Source: a virus
Lineage: Duplodnaviria; Caudoviricetes
Strand: one strand, 5' to 3'
IMG/VR virus record: IMGVR_UViG_3300031605_000006
Span: 1 to 42,865 of that record
DNA length: 42,865 nucleotides
A program made the translations under genes and the position numbers. Below the pieces are notes generated by a model. It was not told the origin of the DNA and ran no database searches. It saw nothing but the letters and a program-made list of their open reading frames with translations. This document shows positions 24,897 through 34,612 of this stretch, piece by piece (positions within the stretch are counted from its first letter, which is position 1; each line of letters opens with the position of its first letter).

Positions 24897-27800
24897 TTAT
24901 CGAAGTTGAACGCCGGTGTAGTTTAGATAAACGTCTAGTGTGCCGCTACCAGACGCTTCCAACTGATATTGAAAATCTCCGTTTGAGTCGCACGGTTGCC
25001 AAGAATTATTCCGTGCTATTTTGCCGTTATCTAGTCCAGCGCACGATGCGTAAAATAATCTGTCCATATCTGAGTTTCCTTGAAGGCGCATCCAAGTATC
25101 GCTGCCTGAACTTACAGAGTCGTTTGCCTCACCCAACATAAACAACGCTGCTGCGCCTTTCGGGATTGCGCCATCGCTATCGGCTTCGGTGTTAAGCGTG
25201 GTGAACGCCACATCGCTAAACCCGGTGGCGTTTAATGCGTTTGACGGAACACGGTTCTCAAACCAAACAATCTCCCCGCTCGGTCGCGAATAATTCCCCG
25301 AGCCGATTGCGCTGCCGAATACAACCATCGGTTGGGAGATGTAAAATGTTTCAGCCGTTGCGCCAGATTTTGTGATTTGAAAAGTTACGTTAGGCGAAGG
25401 AGATGTTGATATGGACTTGGTACACTCACACCAAGTCCAAGTATTTTGTGCAACCGTTTGGGCTGAGTTAGAAACCCCACCGTCATCAATTTGCAAAAAG
25501 ACTTCTGGTGTGGCTAGAGTTGAATACACCCACGCGCCAAATGTTACTGTTCGGCCAGCGAAACGGGATACAGTTATTGGGTCGGCGGCATCCTTGGGCC
25601 AAAGAGCTACATACGCAGTTTGGCTGGCCACGCATTTTAGCGAATAAAATGAACCGTCTTTGGTGAGAGTCGCATCGTCGTGCTGTCGGTATACATCTGC
25701 CGCTGTGCGCTTCACCCACCCATCTGGCCCAAGCGAATCAGCCGCCACGCACCCCGGCGTGACTTCGTAGATGCTAATGTCGTCTATTCTAAATGTTGAT
25801 GTGGTTGTTTGCGCTTTGATGCCAATTGACATCGTTGTGGCGGTTGCCTCAACAACCACGCTGTCGGTAGCTGCACCCGTTTGGGTCGCCCCACTACCTC
25901 CGTCCGTGTAAATCGACCAACTCCCAGCGGTAAGGTTAGTGCAAGTGGCCGTGATTTTGTAAAGTTTCCCAACCACGAAACTTGTATAGTTCTGATAGAG
26001 TCCAAGCGTTCCAGAGTTAATGCTGGCAAACTCGGCTTCATAATCCCCGCCACCTTGGTCAACGATTGTAACGCCAGTCGCTTTAGTCCAACCCGTGTCG
26101 CCGCTGGTAAAGTTGCCGTTGACTGCCAACTCACTCCCAACATCCTCCAGCGTCGAGTTACTCCACACGTCAAAACCAGAATTAGAAAGAAGGTTGGATT
26201 TGAGTACGCCGTCAACCTCGACGATGCCGCCTTCCGCTGAAATCGCTGGGCCGGTTGAGTCGTTCCGAATTTGCAGACAAGTTGTGCCGGTTGCTGCCGG
26301 GTCATCATTTTTTATGTAGACCAACGAACGAGTATTCGTGCTGCTTGCGTTGCTTTTAAAATATGCAATTCGGCCATCGGTCAATGAGTCGGCGTCAACT
26401 TGAAACGCATTGTCAGTCGTGGCTGTCGCACCCGATAGATACAAACTTTTAGCATTGCCGGTCGGCGTCATTGTGGTCGTGCCAGCAGCGTCGATGGTGA
26501 GGCGGTCAACGTCTGCCGTGTGGAAGTGCATCGAATTGTCAGAATGGTCATAGCGAACTTGGCCCTCCGACTCCGCGCTGCCACTTGTGCCATCAGCGAA
26601 GAAAATTCGACCATCGCTTGATGCGCCACTTGCGATAGTCATTCCCGTGTCGCCCGTGCCAACGATGACTAAATCATCGGCCATCGCGTGGTAGTCGCTT
26701 GGCGTGCCGCCAATCCCAACGTTGCCGCCTTGCAGATTTATGACGCTGCCCGTGTTATCCCAAATTTGCAGACCGTTGTTGGTCGCTTCGCCAACTATTC
26801 GGCCACAAATGTCATTATCCCCATCTCTCGCAATCAGCGAGCTAAACGTGCCTCCCGTAACGGTGTTTTTTGTGGTAAGAAGTGTGCTGATTATCTCCCC
26901 ATCCGCCGGTGTCGCAGCACTCGTTCCTATACGAGCAGACTTGCTGTTCAACTGCTCAATCGGCGTGACTTGCACCACACCCGTTGCAGACGAAGTGCCG
27001 TCAGCCGCACCAGCCCGGTCTTGCACCATCAACGATTGGGTCGGGTTTGCGAAAGCTAGGTCGTAGTCAGCCACGCAGCCAGAGGCGACGACTGTCACGT
27101 TGTCTATTGTTCCCGCCCAACTGCCGTTTGCTAAAAAGTACAGATTGCCCTCCGTGGCTCCGGTAGTAAATTCTCCGGTTTCGGTTCCGCTGCCTGTGGC
27201 GGTTATCTCTACAATATCAACATACGCGCTTCCGGTGTGGTATTGTATCTTTAAGCTCGTACCAGAAGTTCGCGCCCAATCAACCGAATAACGATAAGTC
27301 TTTCCAGCGGCAAATCCGACATTTTGGTAAATCCTATTGTCCGAAACCCCGTCTGCCGTTGCGACACCCGACCCAATCGACCAAGAGGAATCTTTGAACC
27401 AACCTGTGTCGCTCGCAAAAGCACCATTGACGACCTTCTCCGTCTGACTCCCATACTGGTCGGCAAACGGCACGGTAGCGTTCTCGTAGCTCGCCGTGAC
27501 CTCCGCTTGGGAAAGCGTCTTGTTCCAGAATCGGGCGCGGTAGATTGTGCCGTTGAACCAACCTGTCAACCCATCATATTTAGCACCGATTACCAGATCA
27601 GCCGCTAAATCCAAAGTTGGAGTGGCTATTGTCGCCACCCCAACTTGGTTGCCGTTGTCATATAGAATCGCTGAAGTCCCATCAACGGTGATAACGATAT
27701 GGTGAACTTTTAGGTCGTCCAGAACCTTAACTCCGAACGAATGTTCACCAGTGTCATACAACCCTAAATTATAACCTATCGACGCTGCCGTATAAAGCAA

Positions 27801-28181
27801 CATTCTGCCGCTTGATCCGAAGTCAAGTACATGGTAAGTCGCACTCCCCCACTCATCCGCTTGAATAACAAACTCCATCGAGAACTTCGTTCCCAAGTCG
27901 GGCGGCGATGCAATGTCGATGTTGCCAGCCGCACCGTCGAAGTGGAGACCTTGGCCGTCATTGGTACTGCCAGATGCTCCACCAGTGACAGGAACACCGT
28001 TGACAAGCAAATCCATATTGTTGCTCGCATCCTCGCGAACCTTAACGGTGCTTGTCCCGGTCGATGCTTGCCACTCCATCACATCGGAGGATGCACCATC
28101 CGACTTGATTATGGGTTCGTTCTCAACTGTTACGCCGCCAGACTTAATCCCGCGACTGAATGTGGATACTTTTGCGCTCAT
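24897..28181 (-). CDS. Receptor-binding spike/fibre with LamG/concanavalin-like and carbohydrate-binding-like domains
   Basis: HHIVITVDG...LYDNG...IG...FNGTIYRARFWNKTLS (LamG); NGAFASDTGW and NGNFTSGDTGW modules; GNVGIG. Confidence 0.8.
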   Translation of the reverse strand: MSAKVSTFSRGIKSGGVTVENEPIIKSDGASSDVMEWQASTGTSTVKVREDASNNMDLLVNGVPVTGGASGSTNDGQGLHFDGAAGNIDIASPPDLGTKFSMEFVIQADEWGSATYHVLDFGSSGRMLLYTAASIGYNLGLYDTGEHSFGVKVLDDLKVHHIVITVDGTSAILYDNGNQVGVATIATPTLDLAADLVIGAKYDGLTGWFNGTIYRARFWNKTLSQAEVTASYENATVPFADQYGSQTEKVVNGAFASDTGWFKDSSWSIGSGVATADGVSDNRIYQNVGFAAGKTYRYSVDWARTSGTSLKIQYHTGSAYVDIVEITATGSGTETGEFTTGATEGNLYFLANGSWAGTIDNVTVVASGCVADYDLAFANPTQSLMVQDRAGAADGTSSATGVVQVTPIEQLNSKSARIGTSAATPADGEIISTLLTTKNTVTGGTFSSLIARDGDNDICGRIVGEATNNGLQIWDNTGSVINLQGGNVGIGGTPSDYHAMADDLVIVGTGDTGMTIASGASSDGRIFFADGTSGSAESEGQVRYDHSDNSMHFHTADVDRLTIDAAGTTTMTPTGNAKSLYLSGATATTDNAFQVDADSLTDGRIAYFKSNASSTNTRSLVYIKNDDPAATGTTCLQIRNDSTGPAISAEGGIVEVDGVLKSNLLSNSGFDVWSNSTLEDVGSELAVNGNFTSGDTGWTKATGVTIVDQGGGDYEAEFASINSGTLGLYQNYTSFVVGKLYKITATCTNLTAGSWSIYTDGGSGATQTGAATDSVVVEATATTMSIGIKAQTTTSTFRIDDISIYEVTPGCVAADSLGPDGWVKRTAADVYRQHDDATLTKDGSFYSLKCVASQTAYVALWPKDAADPITVSRFAGRTVTFGAWVYSTLATPEVFLQIDDGGVSNSAQTVAQNTWTWCECTKSISTSPSPNVTFQITKSGATAETFYISQPMVVFGSAIGSGNYSRPSGEIVWFENRVPSNALNATGFSDVAFTTLNTEADSDGAIPKGAAALFMLGEANDSVSSGSDTWMRLQGNSDMDRLFYASCAGLDNGKIARNNSWQPCDSNGDFQYQLEASGSGTLDVYLNYTGVQLR

Positions 28182-28182
28182 A

Positions 28183-28506
28183 TCAACCTACAAAATCAGT
28201 TGCTATTATTGTCGAAGAACCGGTCAGTGTCTTACACCAAACTGAACCCGAATAATTATCAACCGTCAACACACCGCCGTCACCCGCCTCGTCGCTGCTG
28301 GCAGGTGTCAGTATGAACGAGAACCTCTTGGTCCCTGTCAAAACTGGCGCGGAACCAAAGCGTATATAAACCTTGGTTGTGCCAATGTTCTGTATGGACA
28401 ATGAGCGTCTGTTTCTGGTTGAATATAAAACCTCACCACCGCCAGTGAGAACTGGGCTGAGTGCGTCTTGATTGATTACTGTTGTTGCTTGCTTAACTGT
28501 TCCCAT
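28183..28506 (-). CDS. Small virion protein
   Basis: RRSLSIQNIGTTKVYIRFG; structural-module position. Confidence 0.6.
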   Translation of the reverse strand: MGTVKQATTVINQDALSPVLTGGGEVLYSTRNRRSLSIQNIGTTKVYIRFGSAPVLTGTKRFSFILTPASSDEAGDGGVLTVDNYSGSVWCKTLTGSSTIIATDFVG

Positions 28507-29539
28507 GTGAATATGTCCTTACATTAAAAAATTCGTTTTGTTGTGATTGTCTTTCCTGCACATCAAGTTGCGAGACCAGTGCCGCTTGCGCTTGTTGCTC
28601 CTCGATGATCCCTATTTCCTGCTTCTCATCATGCTTGAGTAAATCTGCCGCAGAACCATGCGTGATGTAATCCCTGAATGTGTGAGGTATAGCCACAAGT
28701 TCCCAATTAGCGTTGTCTCCACCCACAGTTGGTGCGATTCCTGAAAAACTATTTAGCACTGCCGTGTAAAGATCAAAGACGCTATTATCTGCGACTGACC
28801 TATACCTGACCACATCACCCGTGTAATAGGTAGTACCAGCGTCATAGTAGGTTGTGTGGATTGTGTCGGGAAGCTTTGCCCTGAACTCTAACCAGACCTT
28901 TGTAGCTTCACCTGGGCATTGAACCCCGTTGTGGCTCAGGAAAAATCTTAAATTCGTTGCTGTCCCGTCGAGCTTGCGGTTCTTGTCCCACACAGAGGTT
29001 GCTGTTCCTATGTCTGTTGTCTCCCAGCTTTGCTCTAGTGCAATATACTTGTCGAACAAGGGAAGCTCTCCCCAATAGCTTGCGTTGGTTGGAACCGTCC
29101 CAGCAGCAACATCGGTATGCAACTGATAGATTTTGTCATCCACATAATAGTAAACCTTGTCCCCTACTGCATAATCTGTTGTCGAAACATATTTGCTGTC
29201 CGTATAGGAGGTCTCCAGTTTGCCCCAATCACTGTGGATGACAGCATCTGAATCTGACGGGGCGTTGCTTGTTGTCTTGAGTGCGACCACATACCTGTCT
29301 GCGTTGCGGTCATAAAGTTGTGAACCTGCGGCATGCGATCCCGCTGCCCAAGGTTGTTTGAATGTCCGTTCCTCAATTCGCATGAGGTCGGTCCATTCGG
29401 TCTTCTCCCAGATGGCCCTGAGTCTGGAATCAATGAATGCTTCCAGAAACTCGGCATCATCGGAACTGAGTTCCGAGTAACTTCTCTGTCCTCTCTCCGC
29501 TGACCTCTTTAGTAGGTCGCTGTATCGGACTTTACGCAT
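28493..29539 (-). CDS. Head-tail adaptor with inserted CBM5/12-like modules
   Basis: Helical N- and C-termini (IWEKTEW; IPHTFRDYI); YAVGDKVYY...W and YYTGDVVRY...W inserts. Confidence 0.65.
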   Translation of the reverse strand: MRKVRYSDLLKRSAERGQRSYSELSSDDAEFLEAFIDSRLRAIWEKTEWTDLMRIEERTFKQPWAAGSHAAGSQLYDRNADRYVVALKTTSNAPSDSDAVIHSDWGKLETSYTDSKYVSTTDYAVGDKVYYYVDDKIYQLHTDVAAGTVPTNASYWGELPLFDKYIALEQSWETTDIGTATSVWDKNRKLDGTATNLRFFLSHNGVQCPGEATKVWLEFRAKLPDTIHTTYYDAGTTYYTGDVVRYRSVADNSVFDLYTAVLNSFSGIAPTVGGDNANWELVAIPHTFRDYITHGSAADLLKHDEKQEIGIIEEQQAQAALVSQLDVQERQSQQNEFFNVRTYSHGNS

Positions 29540-29855
29540 GTTTCCACGGTGCGGCTATCGGGTTGTCTTTGGTGAACTTCTCGATGTTCTTCTTGTCACT
29601 CCAGAAGTGAGGGTCTTCCTGCTGCCACCTGAACCAAGTCCTAGCGTCAACCACAGACATCAGTTCCAATTCACACCCCGGCTTTCGCTCATAGTTCTTG
29701 AACCTCTCTGCCGTCCGCTTCAAGCGGGAGAAGGTGTTGCCCCTCTCCCGCTGAAGCTTACGATTAAGAACTCCCCCCAGACGCAGTTCCCGTTCAAAGG
29801 ACTTCTGCGTGCCGGGGGCAAGCTTGTCGAATTTAGGTATAAATACCTGCGGCAT
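29532..29855 (-). CDS. Hypothetical protein downstream of the capsid gene
   Basis: Coupled to both neighbours. Confidence 0.7.
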   Translation of the reverse strand: MPQVFIPKFDKLAPGTQKSFERELRLGGVLNRKLQRERGNTFSRLKRTAERFKNYERKPGCELELMSVVDARTWFRWQQEDPHFWSDKKNIEKFTKDNPIAAPWKHA

Positions 29856-30913
29856 TAGACACCGTGATCGTCAGCAGCAAGGATTTTGCCGTGAACCTTG
29901 GGATTTTTTACCACCAAGGTATACACCGCCTTCGCATGGCCGCGAGGTCCACCCCCACGATCCTCAAAGGTCTCCGTGTGCATCGAGTCAAGGAACTTCA
30001 ACTCCAAGGCATCAGTGTCCAAGATAAGACCGGCATCATCGTCATAGGTAAATGCCAGTGTGTCATCGGTTCCAGCAGTCCCAAGTTCCGCACCACTATT
30101 TGATCCACCAAGGAACACACTCGGAATGATGTTGATAACACCAAACGATGAATTGAAGGTCTTCACCTCCAAATTGATCGTCTTGGACCCAGAAGGTTCA
30201 TTAACGTGGTAACGACCTCTGACCGCAGTATCAACGCGAGTGAAGTTGTCAATGATGTCAACGACGATTGGGGCCATGACACCCATGTAACTCTTCTTCT
30301 CGCCGGACACCGTGAACATCGACTGAAGAACGCTATTTAACTGCGCTTCTGTCAAGTCGTCACTTCCCGCCGCCTCGACCCCATCGGAAATGGAACCAGA
30401 AGGTACACGATATGCGGCTGGAACATCAGTCGGACCAGCAGAATCAACCCAATCAAACAGCCCGCGAGTAGCATAACTGCCCGTAGTTGAGGCACGATCC
30501 TGAACACCACAAACAACTCCCTCGATGTCGCGTTTTAATTCGCGAACTGCCTTGGATTTTGCACTGTCAATTTCAGAATCGAGTCCAGCTTGATCGACCA
30601 ACTGTTGCACATCAGACACACCAAACTCGCGTTTGCTGATGTTGATGTAGTTGCCCAACCGCGCACGATCCTCGGCTTTGTTAAACCAAGTTGTGCTGTC
30701 GTGACCTTCCGCAGTTGAATCAACCTTGGCAGGTGACAAGCTGTCGCATAACCACTCCGTAAAAACGGACTTTGTAGAACCTTTAGAAATCGCACTGGTA
30801 ACAGGGGTAACTTCAGGTTCTATGATGCTGATAAAATCAGCAAGTTCCTCACGATTGGCTTTTGAAGGACCAGTCGTGGAACTGTTGTATAAACTATAAG
30901 TATTAGCTTCCAT
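29855..30913 (-). CDS. Major capsid protein (DUF5309/SU10-like)
   Basis: NREELADFI..I.P..TP, EWLCDSL, EG.D, R..NY.NI, ELKRDIE, SSFG motifs. Confidence 0.88.
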   Translation of the reverse strand: MEANTYSLYNSSTTGPSKANREELADFISIIEPEVTPVTSAISKGSTKSVFTEWLCDSLSPAKVDSTAEGHDSTTWFNKAEDRARLGNYINISKREFGVSDVQQLVDQAGLDSEIDSAKSKAVRELKRDIEGVVCGVQDRASTTGSYATRGLFDWVDSAGPTDVPAAYRVPSGSISDGVEAAGSDDLTEAQLNSVLQSMFTVSGEKKSYMGVMAPIVVDIIDNFTRVDTAVRGRYHVNEPSGSKTINLEVKTFNSSFGVINIIPSVFLGGSNSGAELGTAGTDDTLAFTYDDDAGLILDTDALELKFLDSMHTETFEDRGGGPRGHAKAVYTLVVKNPKVHGKILAADDHGV

Positions 30914-30916
30914 AAC

Positions 30917-31969
30917 TTATTTATTTTTTTCTCTATTGGCAGCGAACCAGTTTGTGAGGGAACCTCGCGACCCTGTGTTGACTAAATCCTTTGAAGCATC
31001 CTCCAACCTCATGCCGCCCGGATTACGGACAGCTTTAGGTTGAGCTTTCGGGCGAGTGGCAGTCCTTGTCGGTGTAACTTTCTTGGAAGGTTTCTTCTTC
31101 CCTTCAGTCACCATCCGGTTGTACTCATTCAACCCAAGCATATAGATGCTCACGTTTGCTTGCCAGTTGGGGCGCGTCCTTAACTCAGGTGCTTCCCGTA
31201 CCACTGACATCGCTTGCTGGTACATCGGACTCGACTTGTCCTTCCAATATGGAAAGACATCCTCGACTGCTCGACGAATGTTGCTCTCTTCCCGCAAATA
31301 CTCTTCCCGTGAAGGAACGTGTTCCTCCAGTTCGTACTCGATGTCAGACATCATGCGTCTCACATCGCTTTCAGCGTACTCGCGTTCCTCGCCCTCCTCG
31401 GTGGTGGTAAAACCGTCATGGTTCTCCCTTAACCACTTCTTCCAGCGAATGAGCTTGGACTTATGTTCCTTTAGTTCCCCCAGCGTCTTGACCTTTGATA
31501 ACGGATTGTCCCCTATTTGAAGGGGTTTTTGGTCAGGGTTTGCACTTTCAAGTTCCTGTTCAAGTTCTGCAATCCTTTCAGATTGCTGAACTCCTTGTTC
31601 TTCAGCTTCCTTGGCGCGTGCTGTTAACTTACCGATCCGTTTATTGATCTTCTTCTGGAGATTTTGGGGAACACCGTAGTCCTCCTCGCCATCGTCCTGC
31701 TGCTCAACCTCGTCGGGTTCAGCTTCATTAGACTCATCAACGACAGAATCATCCTCAACCTCCTCGATGTCCTCTATACCGACATCGTTTTCTAGTTGAG
31801 GTTCTTCAGTCTCCTCGGCAGGGTTTTCAACGTCAGGAGAGGGTTCGCTATTAGCACTCTCACCTTCATTCTTTTCGACCCTGCTGTTTTCAAAGAACCT
31901 TTTGAGGTCGTTCAGACCCGTTTCCGCAGTTGGTTGGGGGACTGCTACCCCTTCTGTTTCTGTTACCAT
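30917..31969 (-). CDS. Capsid scaffolding protein
   Basis: Acidic N-terminus, KRIGKLTARAK coiled coil; between portal and capsid genes. Confidence 0.75.
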   Translation of the reverse strand: MVTETEGVAVPQPTAETGLNDLKRFFENSRVEKNEGESANSEPSPDVENPAEETEEPQLENDVGIEDIEEVEDDSVVDESNEAEPDEVEQQDDGEEDYGVPQNLQKKINKRIGKLTARAKEAEEQGVQQSERIAELEQELESANPDQKPLQIGDNPLSKVKTLGELKEHKSKLIRWKKWLRENHDGFTTTEEGEEREYAESDVRRMMSDIEYELEEHVPSREEYLREESNIRRAVEDVFPYWKDKSSPMYQQAMSVVREAPELRTRPNWQANVSIYMLGLNEYNRMVTEGKKKPSKKVTPTRTATRPKAQPKAVRNPGGMRLEDASKDLVNTGSRGSLTNWFAANREKNK

Positions 31970-32015
31970 GCTGTTAAACCTGCAAGTAGGCGTTTATTCC
32001 GATTGTTTTTAGGGA

Positions 32016-32054
32016 ACAAAAGAAAACCCGTGCAGCGGTTACTACACGGGTTTT
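32016..32054 (-). terminator. Hairpin/terminator upstream of the scaffold gene
   Basis: AAAACCCGTG...CACGGGTTTT followed by CTTTTGT on the minus strand. Confidence 0.55.
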
Positions 32055-32124
32055 GGTGAGGTGTGAGGAGTGTGGTGGATGATTAGGGACATCAAAATCC
32101 CTGCCACACTATAAAGGTTTATAT

Positions 32125-32343
32125 TTATTCATTATCAACTGCGTCTACTATAGCTTGCAACCTTCCTTTTATCTGGTTGATGCAATCGACTCCACCTGCA
32201 CTGTGCGCGAGTGACCCATGATCTTGAGCAGTTGCTTGATGACTTACATGGGAAACCAATTCCTCCTTGACCTCATCAAGAAGATTCCGCATTGCCTCAA
32301 ACCGAGGGTCAGTGATTAAGGTCTTGAGATCGTTTTCTGTCAT
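32125..32343 (-). CDS. Small protein downstream of portal
   Basis: ATGA coupling; typical podovirus synteny. Confidence 0.7.
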   Translation of the reverse strand: MTENDLKTLITDPRFEAMRNLLDEVKEELVSHVSHQATAQDHGSLAHSAGGVDCINQIKGRLQAIVDAVDNE

Positions 32344-34397
32344 GCCCCAAGTCTCCCGATTACTGCGTTCTGTTTCTGCTGCAACTGGAACTGCAACTGC
32401 TGCATGCGCTTGTCAATGCGACCCTTGAACTCTTCGTCCTGCTGGTAGCGTTGTTGTAAGCTTGGGCTGTTCTGGATAATGTCCTGCAAGACCTGAAGGC
32501 GCATCTCATGGCTTTGACCTTCCCTGACATCCTCGTCTATCCCAGCCGACATCCTTGCAAACACATTCTTCTCATCGTCAACCTCCTTCTGGGCCGCAGA
32601 CTCCGCTGGCATCAGCAATCTCTCGCCCAGAACAGGGTCAATGAAACTGAACACCACCTGCATGAGTTCCGCACGATCAACGACACCCTGAGTGTCGAAC
32701 TCTCCCACAGCGACTTTAAGCAACTCCAACTTTCGTTGCATTAGGTCTTGGTCTAAATTTGAAACGGCGAAATTCAACTGTATGTCAAATTGGCCCTGAA
32801 TATCGTCTCTGCCAGCACTTAACATCTGCGCCTTGGACGAACCCACAACCCTGAAGAAAAACTCCTCTGAGGCAAACTGCTGCGTCAACGCAAGCACCTG
32901 CTCCATCACTCTCCTCCAGTTGTCGAGCCACTTGGACACCATGTGCTGTTGCCGCATCATGGCATACGCTTGATTCTCTGGACCTGTAACTCTACCAAAG
33001 TATCTGTCACAGGTTTCCCTAATGCTGTCCTCGATCTCTTTGCTTCCTGCGTTGTAGGTTGGGACATCGGCATATTGGTAATCATCAGACCTTACCCGTG
33101 GAACAAGTGTCCCCGGACCCCACTTGGTTGGTGGGCGACCTGGGGGATGATGAAGTGGCGGCATGGTTGCCAGTGAGTTGCGGTCAACCCTTGCGTCCCA
33201 CTCATTCTTGATCTGCTTCTGCCAAGTGAACCCGATCTCCCCGTAGCCACGCGAGTCATCAACCCTGCGGCTCAACCACTCCCTCCTGAACATTACGAAT
33301 GGATACTGGCAATGATCGTAGTTCATCAGTTCACTTACCGCATAAATATCCCTTCCGCGCTGGTCTGTTGGCAGGTGTGGCGAGAAACATGTGTAATGGA
33401 TTCCCGGCACATCCTCATCGTCCAGCTTGCGTTCGTAGCAATGGACAATCTCATAAATCTCCTTGGTATCAAAAACCATGTCCCGGCGACTTGCATTGCT
33501 GCGGGTTGCCATTGCCGAACGATCAACCGTAATGGTTTTGCCCTTGCTGTTCGCAACAACTGCTTCAACCCATTTCTTATCCCACCCCTTGCTTTCTATT
33601 CCATCATACAAAGCTTCCTTGGTGATGAACTCCTTGTAGTAGCACCGTCTGGCATCCTGCAACTCAGTAGTGTCAAGCGGCACAAAGAAATCCTCCCCCA
33701 GCCGCAGCGCAACCACGGTGGGACGGTTCTTGACCGTCATCTTGACAGGGTAAGTTGTTGCTCCTGTCTCCCGTAGTTCACGAACCATCTTACCCATCTT
33801 GGATTTCTTGACCTCTGGCAATATCAGCATACCAAGCGCGATTGCCTCATCCTCCCTTTCAGGGTCCAAAATCATCTCAGGGAACATGGACAGGTTTTCG
33901 CTTGTCTGAGAAAGTTCCCCGATTGCCTCCATGTCGATGTCCGCAATTGTCCGTTGCTCCTCCACATCCCAGAACACCCCGACAACACCAATGCCATTCT
34001 CCAGCATGTAGTTTGCTGCAAGCTCCGCTTCATCGTAGAACTCCTTGATCTGGTTGTGTAACTGGTAGCGCATCAAGTTGGTCACAAGACTTGCCTGTTC
34101 CGCATCGTTGCTCTCTGTCGGAAATGCCGAAACCTGAGATGATCGAAGGGAAGTCATCAGCATGTCGATGTCCTCGTTGATGTAGGTGTCAACAACTGGA
34201 GGGCGACTGTCTGATGCCCCGTCAAACGGAACCGGGTTTCGTCCCAGTTTTGATTTCCACTTGCGACCATCGTCGCTTTGCCCTGACCACACATTAAAAC
34301 GGGTCTCCCAGTTTAACCGTGTCCTGTCGTAGTATTCGTTTCCCCTGCGAACTATCTCATGGAACTCGTTCGCAATGTCCTTAATATCTTTGTCCAT
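32340..34397 (-). CDS. Portal protein
   Basis: 685 aa after TerL; PFDGASD, FPTESND, Gln-rich C-terminal helix. Confidence 0.85.
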   Translation of the reverse strand: MDKDIKDIANEFHEIVRRGNEYYDRTRLNWETRFNVWSGQSDDGRKWKSKLGRNPVPFDGASDSRPPVVDTYINEDIDMLMTSLRSSQVSAFPTESNDAEQASLVTNLMRYQLHNQIKEFYDEAELAANYMLENGIGVVGVFWDVEEQRTIADIDMEAIGELSQTSENLSMFPEMILDPEREDEAIALGMLILPEVKKSKMGKMVRELRETGATTYPVKMTVKNRPTVVALRLGEDFFVPLDTTELQDARRCYYKEFITKEALYDGIESKGWDKKWVEAVVANSKGKTITVDRSAMATRSNASRRDMVFDTKEIYEIVHCYERKLDDEDVPGIHYTCFSPHLPTDQRGRDIYAVSELMNYDHCQYPFVMFRREWLSRRVDDSRGYGEIGFTWQKQIKNEWDARVDRNSLATMPPLHHPPGRPPTKWGPGTLVPRVRSDDYQYADVPTYNAGSKEIEDSIRETCDRYFGRVTGPENQAYAMMRQQHMVSKWLDNWRRVMEQVLALTQQFASEEFFFRVVGSSKAQMLSAGRDDIQGQFDIQLNFAVSNLDQDLMQRKLELLKVAVGEFDTQGVVDRAELMQVVFSFIDPVLGERLLMPAESAAQKEVDDEKNVFARMSAGIDEDVREGQSHEMRLQVLQDIIQNSPSLQQRYQQDEEFKGRIDKRMQQLQFQLQQKQNAVIGRLGA

Positions 34398-34612
34398 TAT
34401 ATTTCCATTACTGCACCTTCAGGGCCAAGCTTCATAAGTTCTCTAATTGATTCCCGCAGGAACCTTCTTTGACGCTTGTCCATGTCTATCAACTTCAAAA
34501 CACCCATATCAGCTAGGTCAATGACAAGCTTCCTGTTCATGCCTGTCACTTTGCATACCTCATGGGTTCTGAGCGTTAACGGTAGATCATTAAAATTAAC
34601 CTTCATACTCAT
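34397..34612 (-). CDS. MerR/Xis-like winged HTH protein
   Basis: LRTHEVCKVTGMNRKLVIDLADMGVL...RRFLRESI. Confidence 0.6.
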   Translation of the reverse strand: MSMKVNFNDLPLTLRTHEVCKVTGMNRKLVIDLADMGVLKLIDMDKRQRRFLRESIRELMKLGPEGAVMEI

